55,112 nucleotides of DNA from a virus (taxonomy: Duplodnaviria > Caudoviricetes), in the IMG/VR virus record IMGVR_UViG_3300044940_000164, positions 1-55,112 of that record; one strand, 5' to 3'. The notes beneath the pieces were generated by a model, which searched no databases, was not told the origin of the DNA, and was given only the letters and a program-made list of their open reading frames with translations. The translations under genes were made by a program, and so were the position numbers. Numbering within the stretch: position 1 is the stretch's first letter; every line of letters starts with the position of its first letter. Of this stretch, positions 1 through 7,666 are shown in pieces.

Positions 1-117
1 ATTGATAATTGGCTGCACGCCTTGGCATCTGATCCGAAATATATTTTTCAGGCGGCAGCGCACGCCCAAAAAGCAGCGGACTTTCTACATAGCCTGCAAC
101 CAGTAGCGCAGATGTAA
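1..117 (+). CDS. ardC: 3' end of ArdC-family antirestriction / ssDNA-binding protein (truncated by window edge)
   Basis: Frame 1 reads IDNWLHALASDPKYIFQAAAHAQKAADFLHSLQPVAQM*, matching the ArdC C-terminal pattern YIxSWLxxLxxDxxxIFxAAxxAQKAADxL. Not in the ORF track. Confidence 0.8.
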   Translation: MDNWLHALASDPKYIFQAAAHAQKAADFLHSLQPVAQM

Positions 118-127
118 GAGTTAGAGG

Positions 128-140
128 TGATATACTGAAA
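128..140 (+). promoter_or_regulatory. Extended -10 promoter (TGnTATACT)
   Basis: TGATATACTGAAA upstream of ORF 158; the identical 13-mer recurs at 564-576. Confidence 0.6.
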
Positions 141-157
141 GAATAGAGGTAAAGACA

Positions 158-349
158 ATGTTTGAATATATCATCCACAACTTACAACCTAGTGATTCTC
201 TTTTTCCATTGGTGCAGGACTATAACGCGCTACTGAATAAAAAGAAAGAGCTAGCAAAGCAAAATTTGCACCTATCCGCAAAGATTGACGCACACCGCGC
301 CATAAAGGCTAGGATGCAAGAATTATTAACAATCATCAAACAAGGATAA
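158..349 (+). CDS. Hypothetical early protein (coiled coil)
   Basis: 63 aa ORF with GAGGT RBS. Confidence 0.7.
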   Translation: MFEYIIHNLQPSDSLFPLVQDYNALLNKKKELAKQNLHLSAKIDAHRAIKARMQELLTIIKQG

Positions 350-353
350 TACT

Positions 354-566
354 ATGAATGTTCAATTTCTAACCCCGAAAAACTCTAAAGGCTTAACCCT
401 AGAGGCTATTCAAGAATATAACGTCGCCGCAATGATGGTGAACTTCCCGACACTTTACGCGGGTACGGCGCAAAGCGATAAAGATAACTTGCGATACTTT
501 GCACAAAAAAGCCTAGAGCGTGTGAAAGAAAAGCACAATCTTAATAAAGTTTTAACTAATAGCTGA
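354..566 (+). CDS. Hypothetical early protein
   Basis: 70 aa ORF, AAGGA RBS, tightly packed. Confidence 0.7.
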   Translation: MNVQFLTPKNSKGLTLEAIQEYNVAAMMVNFPTLYAGTAQSDKDNLRYFAQKSLERVKEKHNLNKVLTNS

Positions 567-576
567 TATACTGAAA
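541..576 (+). promoter_or_regulatory. CtrA-type box (TTAA-N7-TTAAC) in the -35 position of a TATACT -10 promoter
   Basis: TTAA-TAAAGTT-TTAAC at 541-556, 10 nt gap, TATACT at 567-572. Confidence 0.55.
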
Positions 577-618
577 TAATACGGGATTACATAACCATCT
601 AACAAAAAGGATTGAAAT

Positions 619-888
619 ATGAGAGATTTACAAGCCATCATCCATAGCAATAATATAGCGGCGTTACAAGCAAAAGTCGCTAATATTGAACCTAAGGCGC
701 AATTCACTGTCATCACGCACGACGATGTAAAATCAACTCATTTTGTAGCGGTGCAGGATTGCCATAATTATATGAGTTTGTGCGAATATAACAACACTAT
801 CCACGCGCACGCTTATGTAAGCGACTTGCTAGGGATTCCCCTGCACACCATAAAAAGAGTTGAAGTAAACATTTTGCATAAGGATTAA
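619..888 (+). CDS. Hypothetical early protein
   Basis: 89 aa ORF, AAGGA RBS. Confidence 0.7.
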   Translation: MRDLQAIIHSNNIAALQAKVANIEPKAQFTVITHDDVKSTHFVAVQDCHNYMSLCEYNNTIHAHAYVSDLLGIPLHTIKRVEVNILHKD

Positions 889-893
889 ACGCC

Positions 894-1247
894 ATGAGTG
901 AAGATATAGAGAAAGTCATATTGCGGGAAGATCAAGACGGGTATATTGAATTCTTCTTCCCTGAAAGATATGTAGGGGTGCGAAATAATATTTATATGGA
1001 ATGTTTCACCTTTTCAGATGGTCACGGCGAATGTTGCTATGAGTATTATAAAGAAACAAAGCCCTTATCGCCTGAATTAGAGCAAAGAGCGGAAAAGGCT
1101 ATCGCTGATTATGAACATCTATACGACTGCAAACTCGAACGGATTTACCGCGATACCTCACGCTTAAAGCGTATGCGCTTTATTGGTAATCGTGCTAATT
1201 CTCAATACATCCGAAACTATCACAAAACTGTCACAGTTTCGTCATGA
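894..1247 (+). CDS. Hypothetical early protein
   Basis: 117 aa ORF, AAGGA RBS. Confidence 0.75.
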   Translation: MSEDIEKVILREDQDGYIEFFFPERYVGVRNNIYMECFTFSDGHGECCYEYYKETKPLSPELEQRAEKAIADYEHLYDCKLERIYRDTSRLKRMRFIGNRANSQYIRNYHKTVTVSS

Positions 1248-1272
1248 AACTGTCACACAAACATAATAGAGT
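1217..1272 (+). promoter_or_regulatory. Pho-box-like array (four half-sites, 11-bp period) followed by a -10 element
   Basis: CTATCAC (1217), CTGTCAC (1228), TCGTCAT (1239), CTGTCAC (1250); 10 nt later TAGAGT (1267-1272). Confidence 0.6.
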
Positions 1273-1468
1273 ATTTGTATGAGGTTTATATGAGGTTTAT
1301 AAAGAAAAGAGAAGATAAAGAGAAAGCCCTTTTTAAGGGAGGCTTTACAACTGGTTTACGATAATCATAGAGGCGATGACAGAAAAGTCACAATTCATTC
1401 TGGTTGGATTCTTCACAAAATATCTGTTGCGCTTTATGGGTGCAAAGAGGATTAACATATTATTTAAC

Positions 1469-1702
1469 AATAGAGGGGATTTTATATGCTGTTTAGCGCG
1501 TTTATTGATTTTCAACTTTCAGATTATACCGAAAAAAATAAAAGACGTATGCGACTTATTTCATACCGAAACAGTGCATGGGGACTATGAGGATTTACAG
1601 GGCAATAAACTTGTAAGAGTATTTTTTGATGATATTCCTATAAACGAATTGCAAGTTATGATAACAAAATTAAAAGAAATTGAATAGAGGGGATTTTATA
1701 TG
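1469..1702 (+). repeat. Perfect 20-bp direct repeat AATAGAGGGGATTTTATATG (1469-1488 and 1683-1702)
   Basis: Direct comparison; each copy carries an RBS and an ATG. Confidence 0.95.
1486..1687 (+). pseudogene. Small gene interrupted by an extra A in an A7 tract (or needing a +1 shift); alternative to track ORF 1376..1687
   Basis: ATG 1486 has the same 20-bp context as the ATG at 1700; removing one A at 1532-1538 gives MLFSAFIDFQLSDYTEKIKDVCDLFHTETV...TKLKEIE. Confidence 0.55.
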
Positions 1703-2080
1703 AAACAGATAACGCAAAAAGCCGTTAGCGCATTTATGGCGGGGAAAAATTTCACGTCGGGTAATACCAGTGTCACTACGCATGACGGAATTGTGAAACT
1801 TCGCTTGCATGGTAATACCATCGCGAAGCGAGAATTAAGCAAGCCTGTATCTCATACGCAAGTGACGTTATGTGGATATAATACTGTTACCACACGCGAG
1901 CGAGTCAATGGCTTATTACAGGCAATAGGCGCGACGCAATTCTTTGTGCAACGTAGCTATGAGGCGCACTTAAAAGATTATGCCACACAAAAGACACGCG
2001 CTATAGATTGCGAAGATTGGTTTTATATGCTTGGCGATGGTAAACTAGAACGCGGCGAATTATGCGACGTACAAGATTAA
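1700..2080 (+). CDS. Phage hypothetical protein
   Basis: 126 aa; NTSV...LHGNxIA...GYxTxTTRERxN pattern familiar from phage early proteins; strong RBS. Confidence 0.8.
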   Translation: MKQITQKAVSAFMAGKNFTSGNTSVTTHDGIVKLRLHGNTIAKRELSKPVSHTQVTLCGYNTVTTRERVNGLLQAIGATQFFVQRSYEAHLKDYATQKTRAIDCEDWFYMLGDGKLERGELCDVQD

Positions 2081-2091
2081 TGAGGCTTATT

Positions 2092-2538
2092 ATGAACCCT
2101 TTACACTTCACCTTATTTGAAAGCGTAGTAAACTACTTTGCAAGCATGATTCCTTATGTAGTGATGGATGATGCGCCTAGCGATTATGATAGTATGTGCG
2201 AGTACTACTATACAACGGGCGCGCTTGCTGTCTGGAGCGGCGCAAGCGATACCACTATATTTTCATGCGCTAAGAGCAATCACGCCTTTAGAGCGTGGCA
2301 CGACTTTTGTCATATCCGCGCTATGGCTGATTTTAGCGAGGCAGGGGAACGCCGCGCTATGCTTATGCAAATTCGCATGGTGAGTGATTTAACGTGGTTA
2401 TCTATGCCAAGCAAAGAGATTTGCTACAAGATTTTACAATGTGAAGTCATGGGGCAGATTGCCTATCACCGTGAACATGGGGTTTTTCCCGAAAATCAAA
2501 AAGAGTTAGCTATAAAGATATTAAGGGGGATTTTATGA
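2092..2538 (+). CDS. Phage hypothetical protein with NxxFRAWHD motif (possible metal binding)
   Basis: Track ORF 2062..2538; GAGG RBS favours ATG 2092. Confidence 0.75.
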   Translation: MNPLHFTLFESVVNYFASMIPYVVMDDAPSDYDSMCEYYYTTGALAVWSGASDTTIFSCAKSNHAFRAWHDFCHIRAMADFSEAGERRAMLMQIRMVSDLTWLSMPSKEICYKILQCEVMGQIAYHREHGVFPENQKELAIKILRGIL

Positions 2539-2711
2539 AACCATCTCAAGGAAATACCACCGTTACCGCATTACACAAGATGTTAGATTATATTGAAAAT
2601 GAGATAAAGAAAACTTTTGAAGAAAGAATTGCGATAGAGGCTAAACAATCCTGTTTATGGGATATTCAGCACCATGTTAATCTATTAATTGCCCGACAGA
2701 AAGAGGAATAA
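2535..2711 (+). CDS. Small hypothetical protein (58 aa)
   Basis: MKPSQGNTTVTALHKMLDYIENE...RQKEE*; ATGA overlap, GGGGGA RBS; below track cut-off. Confidence 0.7.
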   Translation: MKPSQGNTTVTALHKMLDYIENEIKKTFEERIAIEAKQSCLWDIQHHVNLLIARQKEE

Positions 2712-2713
2712 CC

Positions 2714-2980
2714 ATGAATGCGCATAGTGAAAACTTTCCCGCGATACTGGACACTTTAGCGAATGCTATGCATAGGGCTTGCTATGTAGGCGGGAATGTC
2801 AGCAAAGTTCATAGATTATACGCACAAGCCGCTTTAGACGTTTTCTGCGATTTATTAGAAACGCAAGAAGTTTTGGGCGTAATGAGTATAGCTTACACAA
2901 ACGCGCACCTACAAACGTGTTGTTTATCTAGTTTGAAGACGGCTTTAACCACTTTAACAAAACATCTAAAAGAGGAATAA
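2714..2980 (+). CDS. Hypothetical protein
   Basis: 88 aa ORF, GAGGA RBS. Confidence 0.75.
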   Translation: MNAHSENFPAILDTLANAMHRACYVGGNVSKVHRLYAQAALDVFCDLLETQEVLGVMSIAYTNAHLQTCCLSSLKTALTTLTKHLKEE

Positions 2981-2982
2981 CC

Positions 2983-3147
2983 ATGAAGATCACCATTGAA
3001 GCACAGCCCGAAATTATTCATATTTTAGAGAGCAAACTTAATTCGGACACTAGAGAAATTAATAATACCCTTACGCAAGTTTATGGCTACGACGCCGTAA
3101 GCGCGGAAAAGGCCATTAAAAACATCACCTACACTACAGAGGAATAA
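2983..3147 (+). CDS. Small hypothetical protein (54 aa)
   Basis: MKITIEAQPEIIHILESKLNS...YTTEE*; GAGGA RBS; below track cut-off. Confidence 0.7.
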   Translation: MKITIEAQPEIIHILESKLNSDTREINNTLTQVYGYDAVSAEKAIKNITYTTEE

Positions 3148-3149
3148 GC

Positions 3150-3341
3150 ATGATACATCACCGCACGTTATTAGAAGCTTTCACGACTCACCGAAAATAC
3201 GCCGCCAATAAAGAGGAAAAGGCAGAAACTTTTGCAGATGCGGCGTACTGGCAAGGGGTACAGCATGGAATGAATGAAGCTGAACGCATAGTAAATACTG
3301 CGAAGGCTATGTGGGATGTAGGCTTAGCTGGAAAAAATTGA
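3150..3341 (+). CDS. Hypothetical protein
   Basis: 63 aa ORF, GAGGA RBS. Confidence 0.7.
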   Translation: MIHHRTLLEAFTTHRKYAANKEEKAETFADAAYWQGVQHGMNEAERIVNTAKAMWDVGLAGKN

Positions 3342-3373
3342 GAACCTACACGGTAAGAGAAGAGGCATAAGAT

Positions 3374-3607
3374 ATGAGTTATGGGAGCGGGATACACATC
3401 ATAAAGACGTACCCAGTTGGTTTCTATAAGGGGCATATCAACCGCACTGAGGTTGTTATGCAGAACCTTGCCGACTTGGGAACGGCGCGGGATTATCTGC
3501 AAAAGTTTCAGATGCCCTACAGGAAAAAAGGACTTAAAGTCGAAGACATAAAAAACGGCTTTAGGGTAGTAGAAAAACGCATATGGTATCAGATCAGAGG
3601 AGTTTAG
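3374..3607 (+). CDS. Hypothetical protein
   Basis: 77 aa ORF, GAGG RBS. Confidence 0.7.
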   Translation: MSYGSGIHIIKTYPVGFYKGHINRTEVVMQNLADLGTARDYLQKFQMPYRKKGLKVEDIKNGFRVVEKRIWYQIRGV

Positions 3608-3609
3608 GC

Positions 3610-3819
3610 ATGTACGGAAATATGAGTGACGAACAGAAACAAGAAATTGTAAAATTCTATAGGAGTAAGGCGAATTCATTGGTTATTCTGGCGGATACCT
3701 TCACGCCTATGAGCCGTTCCGAAAGGGCTAAGTTATTGCATGAAGCGCATATGGTTAGCTTAGAGGTTGATTTGTTGGAACAGAGTATAGGAGAGGTGGA
3801 AAGTGAACAGGTGTCTTAA
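3610..3819 (+). CDS. Hypothetical protein
   Basis: Track ORF 3583..3819; GAGGAG RBS favours ATG 3610. Confidence 0.7.
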   Translation: MYGNMSDEQKQEIVKFYRSKANSLVILADTFTPMSRSERAKLLHEAHMVSLEVDLLEQSIGEVESEQVS

Positions 3820-3927
3820 ATCGATAATAGTAATTTTGTTAGCGGCGGCGTTTGTTTTCGCACTGGTGGAATTACTCGCAAAAGAACAATGGGTTTGGCA
3901 AAATATAGAGATATGGAGATAACGACG

Positions 3928-4284
3928 ATGTGGATAAATATAAAAGAGCATGATTCTGAGCAGAATAGTTTTGCTATTCTGAAGCATGAAGGCGATCTAG
4001 CGATAACTAACGATCTTTTCAAGAGGGCGATTCTTGAGCATTTCGACATTAACGAAGAATTTGCGCGTATCCCTCTGTTATCGAAGGAGGATATTCGCAA
4101 ACTCGAAAATAACATGCGAATAGGTGTAGCTGTGACCATCGACGACATGCCAATGATAATAGACGTAGCAAAACTCGAAAATAACATGCGAATAGGTGTA
4201 GCTGTGACCATCGACGACATGCCAATGATAATAGACGACATGCCAATGATAATAGACGTAGCAAAAACTTGGGAGTATTGGTAA
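3928..4284 (+). CDS. Hypothetical protein with internal in-frame duplications
   Basis: Track ORF 3889..4284; GGAG RBS favours ATG 3928. Confidence 0.7.
   Translation: MWINIKEHDSEQNSFAILKHEGDLAITNDLFKRAILEHFDINEEFARIPLLSKEDIRKLENNMRIGVAVTIDDMPMIIDVAKLENNMRIGVAVTIDDMPMIIDDMPMIIDVAKTWEYW
4099..4265 (+). repeat. Exact 72-bp tandem duplication with a nested 21-bp duplication
   Basis: Copies start at 4099 and 4171 (KLENNMRIGVAVTIDDMPMIIDVA); DDMPMII is repeated again in copy 2. Confidence 0.95.
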
Positions 4285-4285
4285 C

Positions 4286-4780
4286 ATGGATTTAGATAAA
4301 AAGATTTTTCGATTGGTAAAATTGTCTTTTTCGCCCACTGGGCTAAGACACGGGCGGAAGGAGGAGGAGCATTCGGTTGGACAGATAGAGTTTTCACATA
4401 CTTTAGCTGAGATTCTAAACGATCCGACAGTAGATTTTTCCATAGTACATTTCGAAAGTACCGAAGAAGACGTAACCCCTGCAAACCATAACTGTAGGCT
4501 CATTCGCTACCCTACAAGATATGGGATTGAGGTGTTGGGTGACGTGAATAAAAACGGACGGACGCGGTTGTATAGATTCTATTTGTCTGATGCTCCTGAG
4601 AAGTATAGCGTCGTTATGAGTCTGCTTTTTTCAGTAGAAGCGGGAGATAGGGAAGGTGATAGCTTGAAGGCGTGCGAAATACGGCGGGCTTTGTGGCGAC
4701 GGCTAAACTCTATGGATGACGCTGAGTTACGCGAGGCAGTCAGTTTTGAGAGTTCTGAACCCGTTATAGAGGATATGTGA
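4286..4780 (+). CDS. Hypothetical protein
   Basis: 164 aa ORF, operon packing. Confidence 0.75.
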   Translation: MDLDKKIFRLVKLSFSPTGLRHGRKEEEHSVGQIEFSHTLAEILNDPTVDFSIVHFESTEEDVTPANHNCRLIRYPTRYGIEVLGDVNKNGRTRLYRFYLSDAPEKYSVVMSLLFSVEAGDREGDSLKACEIRRALWRRLNSMDDAELREAVSFESSEPVIEDM

Positions 4781-4781
4781 T

Positions 4782-5111
4782 ATGTTAGAGGATCATTACG
4801 CGCACTACGTGGCTTTGAGTGAAGAAGAATTCGACACGCAATACCCTTTAATCATCAATAACATAAGCGATAATGCCTCATGGCAGGATGAAGACGGCTT
4901 AGGTCGTATGTTCGAAACCTACGGCGAGGAACTGGAATTTGTCAGAAAAGCACATCCTAGAGCCGTGTGGACGGTCATGGATGGGGATAACGACGATATT
5001 GTCGTTGTGAGTGGCTTTCATTACGTCAATCGGATAGGCTACTTAATCAGTTCTGAGCTTTTTCCTGAGAATACCCACATATCCGTAACCATAGCAAGAG
5101 AGGGTGATTAA
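4782..5111 (+). CDS. Phage hypothetical protein (FETYG...VWT...G.H.VNRIGY pattern)
   Basis: 109 aa; motif string familiar from phage proteins. Confidence 0.8.
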   Translation: MLEDHYAHYVALSEEEFDTQYPLIINNISDNASWQDEDGLGRMFETYGEELEFVRKAHPRAVWTVMDGDNDDIVVVSGFHYVNRIGYLISSELFPENTHISVTIAREGD

Positions 5112-5412
5112 TATGAGTTTTGATAAATTGAAGGAAGACATCGTGAATTTAGTATTAGACGAAACTACCAAAGAGATCGAAGATAAGGCAAAGGCGATTG
5201 TCGTCGGTGAGTATATTTCTGAGTTTCCCGATCACATGAGTGCAGTGGAAGCGTATGATTATATCATGGAAGCTGCGGAAAAAGCGTACATCCCCGACGA
5301 TATATTAGTCTGGCAACCGCACGAATATTTACCATGCTACGATTTGGGGGTAAATATGGAATCCCTTAAAACGGCGATCATGGAAACTTTCACCGCTACG
5401 AAAGGAGGGTGA
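5104..5412 (+). CDS. Hypothetical acidic protein
   Basis: 102 aa ORF. Confidence 0.75.
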   Translation: MINMSFDKLKEDIVNLVLDETTKEIEDKAKAIVVGEYISEFPDHMSAVEAYDYIMEAAEKAYIPDDILVWQPHEYLPCYDLGVNMESLKTAIMETFTATKGG

Positions 5413-5416
5413 TTAT

Positions 5417-5623
5417 ATGCAAAATTGTTATTGTGTTGCTATGTCAATCTTTGACACGCAGCAACCATTTTCTAAAATTAGTCAGTTAGAACTTGGCAAT
5501 TTCAGTTTCGATGTTACTCGGCATCAGCAAGGCGTAACCGTTATAGTTTTCTGGGATAGTATGCAAGATTTACAGAAAATAGTTGATCTTGTCTCGTCTT
5601 GGGATTTCATAAAACCAACCTAA
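5417..5623 (+). CDS. Hypothetical protein
   Basis: 68 aa ORF, GGAGGG RBS. Confidence 0.7.
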   Translation: MQNCYCVAMSIFDTQQPFSKISQLELGNFSFDVTRHQQGVTVIVFWDSMQDLQKIVDLVSSWDFIKPT

Positions 5624-5635
5624 AAGGATAACTTT

Positions 5636-5842
5636 ATGACAAGAAGAAATTTAGTGGGCACAGAGCGAATGGTTGCCTTAGAAATTCAGTTGATGTTGCA
5701 CGATCACATCATCACAGAAACGCAGGAAATGGACGGTCACTACACTGTCGCAGAGATAGCAGAAGAGGTTTTATATAGACTCTATGACGAACTGGAGGCG
5801 GCTAAAAGATGGAAAAACAGACAGGAGGAAAAAAGTGAGTAA
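5636..5842 (+). CDS. Hypothetical protein
   Basis: 68 aa ORF, AAGGA RBS. Confidence 0.7.
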   Translation: MTRRNLVGTERMVALEIQLMLHDHIITETQEMDGHYTVAEIAEEVLYRLYDELEAAKRWKNRQEEKSE

Positions 5843-6005
5843 TTGTAATGAATGCAGTAAACCAAGCGAGCCGCCGATCTGTACTCCCTGCCAGAGAATG
5901 CTCAGGCATGAAACGGCTCTGGAGTTTGGTGCGAAGAACCCCGACTACCACCAGCGACAGGCAGACATGTGGCGGGAAATAAGTTTTAATCGATTAGACC
6001 ATTAG
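5835..6005 (+). CDS. Small zinc-finger-like protein (CxxC...CxxC)
   Basis: GTG start after GGAGGA; CNEC and CTPC. Confidence 0.65.
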   Translation: MSNCNECSKPSEPPICTPCQRMLRHETALEFGAKNPDYHQRQADMWREISFNRLDH

Positions 6006-6015
6006 GGAAATTAGT

Positions 6016-6195
6016 ATGAAAGATCTTGTATTTATAATGCTATGTGGGGCTATCACGCTCATTATTCTTTTTCGCGGCGCAGAGCATACCCGAGAAATAG
6101 ACCGAATGCTCGAACTGCACGACTGTCAGGAATACGACAGATTGAGGAACTATGACCGTACAATTTACATTTGTAAGGAGAAAGATCATGGATAA
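6016..6195 (+). CDS. Small membrane-anchored protein (59 aa)
   Basis: MKDLVFIMLCGAITLIILFRG... N-terminal hydrophobic stretch; below track cut-off. Confidence 0.6.
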   Translation: MKDLVFIMLCGAITLIILFRGAEHTREIDRMLELHDCQEYDRLRNYDRTIYICKEKDHG

Positions 6196-6448
6196 AGGGG
6201 TTCTAAACCTTCTTCGTTTCCTAGCCGCTGAAGAACGTGGTAGGATCGTACCGAAGAAAACTTGGAGCGAAGAGAGTATCGCCGCTCTTAGAGCGTGCGT
6301 CGAACTTAAATTAGTATGGTTGATGCACAACAGGTGGACGGAAGAGACTATCGGAGTTTTCGAGAGGGACATCGACCACTACTATAAGATAGGGTTCGAT
6401 CATTTAAGTGCAATAGAAATTTATAATTTAATAGGAGTAGAATCATGA
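6188..6448 (+). CDS. Hypothetical protein
   Basis: AAGGAG RBS favours ATG 6188 within track ORF 6152..6448. Confidence 0.7.
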   Translation: MDKGVLNLLRFLAAEERGRIVPKKTWSEESIAALRACVELKLVWLMHNRWTEETIGVFERDIDHYYKIGFDHLSAIEIYNLIGVES

Positions 6449-6846
6449 GTAAGGCAATGGTATACGCATTAAGCGTGCAAAGAGAAGGCTATTTCCCACC
6501 AATCAACGAACCGATGAAGGAGATAGAAAGAGTAAACCAGTACAGCTATCAGTATATTTTTATGGATGATAGCATTCTTCGATTTAATCGCGATAAGACG
6601 AATCTGAAAGTGATCGAAGATGGAGAGGTGGTGTACGAGTATAATCTGCTTACAGGACTCACCGTAAAACCCGCAGATCATCTCCCAACCACGGTTGATC
6701 TTTCTGGTGAGCTAAAGAAAACCTCTGCGGATAAGATCGCCGACGCCATTTTGTATGTCGCTCTGGCGGTGCTGTACGCGGCAGTTGGATATTTTGTGTT
6801 ATCGGTAGCTATGCTGGCGCAAGCCGCTATCTATTTTCTGGGGTGA
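6445..6846 (+). CDS. Hypothetical protein with C-terminal transmembrane helix
   Basis: 133 aa; hydrophobic AILYVALAVLYAAVGYFVLSVAMLA. Confidence 0.75.
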   Translation: MSKAMVYALSVQREGYFPPINEPMKEIERVNQYSYQYIFMDDSILRFNRDKTNLKVIEDGEVVYEYNLLTGLTVKPADHLPTTVDLSGELKKTSADKIADAILYVALAVLYAAVGYFVLSVAMLAQAAIYFLG

Positions 6847-6954
6847 TTGTGAATTTGAAACCCCGAATAGGTACATCTGGGATTATCCACCGTGTACCAA
6901 CCCCCTCCGTAGAGGTAGACCCATTTTACAATCACATAATCGAGGAGCAAACCA

Positions 6955-7362
6955 ATGAAATTAGTTGAGATAGTACAGCAGAAAATCCCAGAAATCCAAG
7001 AAGACGACGATTTCGGTGTAGGACAATTCCTAGACGTCGCCGTAATGATCTGTGACGCCATACATACGACCCATCGGGACGTAGAACTACCTGAAGTTCG
7101 ATATGCCTTCAATTTGGCGTATAAAGCCGCCACAGGGCTTTCTTTCACCCCTTACGCCTTGTACCCAGAGTCAGGGCAGTGGCAGCACCTCCACGAAATG
7201 CTGGAGATGGTTTTGACCCGTCCTGACTGCGACCAAGATACCGTTGTGACGGAATTCGTGGCAAGGGTCTTTCAAGACGAGTGTGTCAGATATGTATCAC
7301 TGGAATGGCTGGCTGACTATATTAAGAAAACAATAACAGAAATAGGAGTTAGTCATGAGTGA
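6955..7362 (+). CDS. Hypothetical protein
   Basis: 135 aa, GAGGAG RBS. Confidence 0.75.
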   Translation: MKLVEIVQQKIPEIQEDDDFGVGQFLDVAVMICDAIHTTHRDVELPEVRYAFNLAYKAATGLSFTPYALYPESGQWQHLHEMLEMVLTRPDCDQDTVVTEFVARVFQDECVRYVSLEWLADYIKKTITEIGVSHE

Positions 7363-7666
7363 AATTCAAGCATTACGAGAGGTAGTCGCGTTAGCAATAT
7401 TGAACGTACATCGGGAAAGACTCGGCGGTCGCGGTATTCTCATGCTCGAGCAGTTACCCGATGACCCGATAGGCGGCGGAAACGATTCACACCAAAGAGA
7501 AAGGTTGCTGCAACAAGCTGAAGCGGCGATAAATGTCATAAAAGGCAAAATTCTACACCATGATACGATCACGGCAGTTGCATCGCATCCTTTATCCGCT
7601 GATTTGCTAAAAGCCCGTATATTAAAACTTTTCGATCATATCGAAGGAGTTAATCATGGTGAGTAA
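7355..7666 (+). CDS. Hypothetical protein
   Basis: 103 aa, AGGAG RBS, 8-nt overlap. Confidence 0.75.
   Translation: MSEIQALREVVALAILNVHRERLGGRGILMLEQLPDDPIGGGNDSHQRERLLQQAEAAINVIKGKILHHDTITAVASHPLSADLLKARILKLFDHIEGVNHGE

Larger units (their letters stand above)
2700..3153 (+). repeat. Repeated gene-junction motif AGAGGAATAA(C/G)CATGA, three copies
   Basis: 19-bp perfect copies at 2700-2718 and 2969-2987; one-mismatch copy at 3138-3153. Confidence 0.9.

Noticed and set aside
1452-1468. Second CtrA box
   Set aside because: Spacing is TTAA-N8-TTAAC rather than N7.
4099-4265. Diversity-generating retroelement TR/VR pair
   Set aside because: Copies are adjacent and identical with no adenine-specific differences, and no reverse transcriptase is present.
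3188-4503. Minus-strand ORFs 3188..3679, 3816..4484 and 4078..4503
   Set aside because: Opposite a tightly packed plus-strand operon with clear RBSs; partly prolonged by the duplication.
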